DNA of 64,000 nucleotides from contig CBDDFZ010000002.1 of the NCBI GenBank assembly GCA_965227515.1, positions 800,001 through 864,000 of the forward strand. Reading direction: 5' to 3'. The notes beneath the pieces are model-generated. The model was not told where the DNA came from and made no database searches. It saw only the letters and a list, made by a program, of their open reading frames with translations. Source of the DNA: Alphaproteobacteria bacterium. GTDB taxonomy: Bacteria; Pseudomonadota; Alphaproteobacteria; CALKHQ01. Position numbers and translations under genes: made by a program. Every line of letters starts with the position of its first letter. Position 1 is the first letter of the stretch. Shown one piece after another: positions 60,397-64,000 of this stretch.

Positions 60397-61575
60397 CTAT
60401 GGCCGCGGCGTCTCGGTCGCGGCACTCAGGGCGGCCAGTGTCGCCGGGTCCAAGGCGCCGGTCGGGGTGAGGCCGTTTTCGGCCTGGAATGCCTTTAGCG
60501 CGGCGCCGGTATTGGGGCCATAGATGCCGTCGGCGGGGCCGGGCGCATAGCCGGCCGCCGAAAGTTGGGCCTGGGCGTCGGCAACGTTTGGCGATGGCCG
60601 CGGATCCAGCACCAGCACGCCGCCGAGGGCCGACCCCAGCGCCCGGCCGTCGGGCAGGTGGACCACCGCTGCAACCAGCCGTCCATCGCAGATGATGGTG
60701 GTCTGGGTCAGCGCGGCATCGGCGGGCAGGTGCGGCAGGTTGAGCCAGGTGGCGCCGGAGAGCGATGTGGCGATCGTGCGCCATGGCGTCTCCTCGGCGA
60801 TGTAGATCGGAGCACCGCAGGATTGCGCGCCGAAGCGAAACCCGCCGGTGGTGAGGCGGACGTCCAAGCCCATCAGCGGCGGCACGAACCGCCCGACCTG
60901 CGACCAGCTCGCGTGCTCTGGCGAGGCCTGATAGTCGACGGCCTGCCAACGCCCCGACAGCGCAGGGTCCCGGCCGGCATCGCGGCCCAGTTGGGCGAGG
61001 GCATCCGCGGCGCCCTGATGACCGGACTGCGCCGCGGCCAGGAACCAGCGCATGGCGGCATCCAGGTCGCGCTCAACACCGACCCCGCGCACCAGTTGCA
61101 CGGCGAGGTTGTACATGGCGCGCGCGGCGCCGCGTTCGGCAGCCTGGGTGTAGAGGTCGATGGCGCGCGCCAGATCGGCCTCGACGCCATCGCCAGTCTC
61201 GTACTGGACGCCGAGATTGAACAGCGCCTGCGGGTGGGGGTTCGGTGGTGCCGCAGCGCGCTCGAACCAGGCGGCCGCGGCTGCGGCATCGGCATCGGCA
61301 TCGCGGCCAAGCCCCTGGGCGAGCATCAGGCCGACAAGAAACGCGGCATCCCGGTCGCCGGACTCGGCGAGCGGCTGCAACGTCTCGAATGCCGTGGTGT
61401 AGTCCTCGGCCTCCAGGGCCTCTCGCCCTGCCGTCAGGGTATCTTGCGGCTCGGCGGATTGGGCCTGTGCGGTCGACCAGGCGGCGGTCGCCAGTACGAT
61501 CACCACGACTGCGGCGGCCAGGCTGATCTGCAACAGAGGCGCGGATGCCCTGGCCGACCAGGCGGGGCGAGCCAT
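60397..61575 (-). CDS. Secreted Sel1-repeat protein with C-terminal PG-binding domain
   Basis: Signal/TM; 3-4 Sel1 repeats; GYAPGPADGIYGPNTGAALKAFQAENGLTPTG. Confidence 0.88.
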   Translation of the reverse strand: MARPAWSARASAPLLQISLAAAVVVIVLATAAWSTAQAQSAEPQDTLTAGREALEAEDYTTAFETLQPLAESGDRDAAFLVGLMLAQGLGRDADADAAAAAAWFERAAAPPNPHPQALFNLGVQYETGDGVEADLARAIDLYTQAAERGAARAMYNLAVQLVRGVGVERDLDAAMRWFLAAAQSGHQGAADALAQLGRDAGRDPALSGRWQAVDYQASPEHASWSQVGRFVPPLMGLDVRLTTGGFRFGAQSCGAPIYIAEETPWRTIATSLSGATWLNLPHLPADAALTQTTIICDGRLVAAVVHLPDGRALGSALGGVLVLDPRPSPNVADAQAQLSAAGYAPGPADGIYGPNTGAALKAFQAENGLTPTGALDPATLAALSAATETPRP

Positions 61576-61905
61576 GGCTGTGGGAGGTGCGGCGCGTGGC
61601 CGCACACGGTGCCGCCAGCCGGGCCAAGTCAACGGAGCGTTCATGCTCCGGGCTTATATCATGGTGGATATTGATTGGCGCGGTGCAGTGTGCATCCGCC
61701 TCAGGTGCCCCAAACCCCAAATGACCGAACCGGCTGCCCGTACCGCCCGTGCTAGCGGAAGGTCGGACAGCCGGCTGGCCATGCATTCGGGCGGCGCAGG
61801 ATGAAACTGGGGAAGGGCGCGCCGACCGACTTTTTTGATATGCGGTCCAATCGACCGCGCCGGGAAGGTTAGAAGTCCCGGCGCGGCGTGCTTGGAGAGT
61901 TTGGC

Positions 61906-62112
61906 TTAGGCGCCCGAGCCCGTGCCGGTACCGGTGCCGGAAACAGCGCTGTCCAGCTCGGTCGAGACGGTGGAGAACATGGTCTCCAGGCTGTCGCCCA
62001 TGGTGGCCAGGGCGCCGATGGCGGCGACGGAGACCAGGGCGGCGATCAGGCCGTACTCGATGGCGGTGGCGCCGTCTTCGTTGGCAGCGAACTTCTTGAA
62101 CAGCTGGATCAT
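61906..62112 (-). CDS. flp: Flp family type IVb/c pilin
   Basis: NEDG-ATAIEYGLIAALV prepilin motif; GAGGAG RBS. Confidence 0.95.
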   Translation of the reverse strand: MIQLFKKFAANEDGATAIEYGLIAALVSVAAIGALATMGDSLETMFSTVSTELDSAVSGTGTGTGSGA

Positions 62113-62175
62113 TTTCTTGCTCCTCAGCACAGGTGATTCGGTGTGTTTCGATGACCCGATAATGCACCGGAAGTT

Positions 62176-62191
62176 CTAAAGGTGTGTTAAC
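62176..62191 (-). promoter_or_regulatory. Putative CtrA site upstream of the flp pilin
   Basis: GTTAA-CACACCT-TTAG on the coding strand (one mismatch to TTAA-N7-TTAA) in AT-rich DNA. Confidence 0.55.
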
Positions 62192-62503
62192 GCGGAAGTA
62201 TAAATTGATACAATTCGAACAATCCAAAAGAATACGATCTGTCTAATCAAAATATATCTGCATTTTATATTTCGGAACTTGTCTCAAATTTTATGCAAAT
62301 TGGATCGGACACGCGGCTGGTATGCGGCGTTGCGCGGTGGCGCCGGTATTGGTTGGAAGGCGGCTTTGGCCCGAGAGATCGATGCTCCGCCGCAATTGGT
62401 CCGGCCGCACCGTCTCGAATCTTGTCGCCGCCGCGCCCTGCGCGTACGCTGGCTGCTCATTTCATATTCAATTCACCTGATCCTATTTCGAAAGGTCATA
62501 TCC

Positions 62504-63622
62504 ATGTCGGAGATCTATTTCGCCACCAATCGATCCTACAATCGCAGGGGGCCGCGCCCGCCGGAATGGTTCGGGGAGGATTTTCACCCGGACGGGCCCT
62601 ACTACTACCGGGTTGGAAGAGCGCAGGTCCGCCGCGAGGGCGATGACTACCGCCTGCTGGCCATCGACGTGGAGCCGGAACGCAAGGAGCGCAAGCCGCG
62701 GCGCGATGTCGACCCAACCGACGTCACGGCGGAAGCCGGGATCGCTGCCTCGATGACGGTGAGCACTGTGGACAGGTCGGGCGCCATCGTCGGCAGCGCC
62801 AAGTTGTTCGAAACCCTGCGCCGGCAGCTGCTTCAGGACGGCCGCCACATCATCGGCTACATCCACGGGTTCGCGAATTCGTTCGAGAACAGCATCCTGC
62901 GCGCGGCGCAGCTTCAGTCCGAATACCGGGTCGACGGCATCGACCCGATCGTGTTCGCGTTCTCCTGGCCGTCCGACGCAAGCATGACGCCGTTTTCCGC
63001 CTATCGCAGCGACCGGCAGGATGCGAAGGCATCCGGCATCGCGATGGCGCGGGCGATGATGCGGCTGATCGCGTTCCTCCGCGACCTCGACCCGCCGGAG
63101 CGCGAAGACCAGGGCGGGGGGCGTGTGCAATGCGCATGTCCGATGCACCTGGTGGCGCACAGCATGGGCAACTGGGCGCTGAGGCACGCCATCGCGGGGC
63201 TGGCGGAGATGCTGAACACCCAGCAGTTGCCGCGCCTGTTCGACAATGTGTTCCTGATGGCCGCCGACGAGGACAACGACGCCCTGGAGCACAGCTACAA
63301 GCTGAGCCTGTTGGCCCGGCTGGCCCACCGCACGCACGTCTATTATGCATCCGACGATCGGGCGCTCCACATCTCGACCGAAACCAAGGGCAACTCGGAC
63401 CGGTTGGGGGCCGATGGGCCGCGCAATTTGGCGCTGGCGGACGAGCGCTTTTTCGCGGTCGACTGTTCCGACGTGTCCAGCACGTCCACCACGCACTTGC
63501 GCCACCAGTACTACCGGCTGCGTCCGGAGGTGATCGAGGATGTGCGCAGGGTGATGGCCGGCCAGCCGCGCCCGCACGAATTGAGGATCGGCGAACGGCG
63601 CTGGCGCTTGCGGCCCGAATAG
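62504..63622 (+). CDS. Alpha/beta hydrolase (DUF900-like)
   Basis: IYFATNR, YIHGFAN, FSWPS, VAHSMGN, D.AL, H.YY. Confidence 0.88.
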   Translation: MSEIYFATNRSYNRRGPRPPEWFGEDFHPDGPYYYRVGRAQVRREGDDYRLLAIDVEPERKERKPRRDVDPTDVTAEAGIAASMTVSTVDRSGAIVGSAKLFETLRRQLLQDGRHIIGYIHGFANSFENSILRAAQLQSEYRVDGIDPIVFAFSWPSDASMTPFSAYRSDRQDAKASGIAMARAMMRLIAFLRDLDPPEREDQGGGRVQCACPMHLVAHSMGNWALRHAIAGLAEMLNTQQLPRLFDNVFLMAADEDNDALEHSYKLSLLARLAHRTHVYYASDDRALHISTETKGNSDRLGADGPRNLALADERFFAVDCSDVSSTSTTHLRHQYYRLRPEVIEDVRRVMAGQPRPHELRIGERRWRLRPE

Positions 63623-63642
63623 CGTGAGCGGGCGTGCAAGGC

Positions 63643-63671
63643 TTGCCATTTGCGGGCGGCATCGCTATAAG
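63643..63671 (+). promoter_or_regulatory. Sigma70 promoter of rpmI
   Basis: TTGCCA-17 nt-TATAAG, with the alphaproteobacterial GCTATA-type -10. Confidence 0.7.
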
Positions 63672-63786
63672 CCCGCCTTTCCAAATCGATCGCCCGGCCC
63701 GGCACGATCATGTGCCCATTGGGCATGCCGCGGCGGTTTTCGCGCGGCGCCGTTCAGGCGCTGGCCACACGAATAGGAGTGCGAAA

Positions 63787-63984
63787 ATGCCCAAGATGAA
63801 GACGAAGAGCAGTGCCAAGAAGCGGTTCAGCTTCACTGCGACCGGCAAAATCAGGCACAACGCGGCCTACAAGCGGCACGGCATGCGCAAGCGTCCGCAG
63901 AAGATGATCAGGCAGACGCGCGGCACCGAGATCCTGGCGCCCTGCGATGCCAAGTTCGTGCGACGCTTCCTGCCCAACGGCTAG
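63787..63984 (+). CDS. rpmI: 50S ribosomal protein L35
   Basis: [22 protein letters not shown]...KRHGMRKR; AGGAG RBS. Confidence 0.97.
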   Translation: MPKMKTKSSAKKRFSFTATGKIRHNAAYKRHGMRKRPQKMIRQTRGTEILAPCDAKFVRRFLPNG

Positions 63985-64000
63985 CCGGTTCCAGCGACGG

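Overview
High-GC alphaproteobacterial chromosomal segment, probably Rhodospirillales-like (ALA-synthase hemA, rcdA, Flp pilin, CtrA-type boxes, CGTC-tagged repeats). It runs from the 5' end of carB to rpmI and is mostly core or semi-core genes: ggt, alpha-2-macroglobulin-pbpC-M23, Zur-boxed znuABC, a peptide ABC transporter, usp, hemA, mobA, an RpoH/ROSE-controlled small heat-shock gene, rcdA, ihfB-lapA, chrBA, a coxL-like gene, a BTLCP/LapG protease, TpsB and Flp pilin. I saw no prophage, transposase, integrase, CRISPR array, tRNA or rRNA. The most interesting observations are: (1) a HerA-like ATPase apparently co-transcribed with a PAS-GGDEF-EAL protein instead of a nuclease; (2) a secreted Cys-to-Ser pseudo-caspase divergent from a duplicated helical-bundle/PG-binding/TPR protein; (3) three exported proteins sharing a D-x2-C...C-x3-C-x2-G motif coupled to a SCO chaperone; (4) CtrA-like boxes in front of several of these loci; (5) an iodotyrosine-deiodinase-like gene linked through a LysR to a divergent chrBA. 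All calls are from motif recognition by eye, with no database searches; start codons are best estimates.
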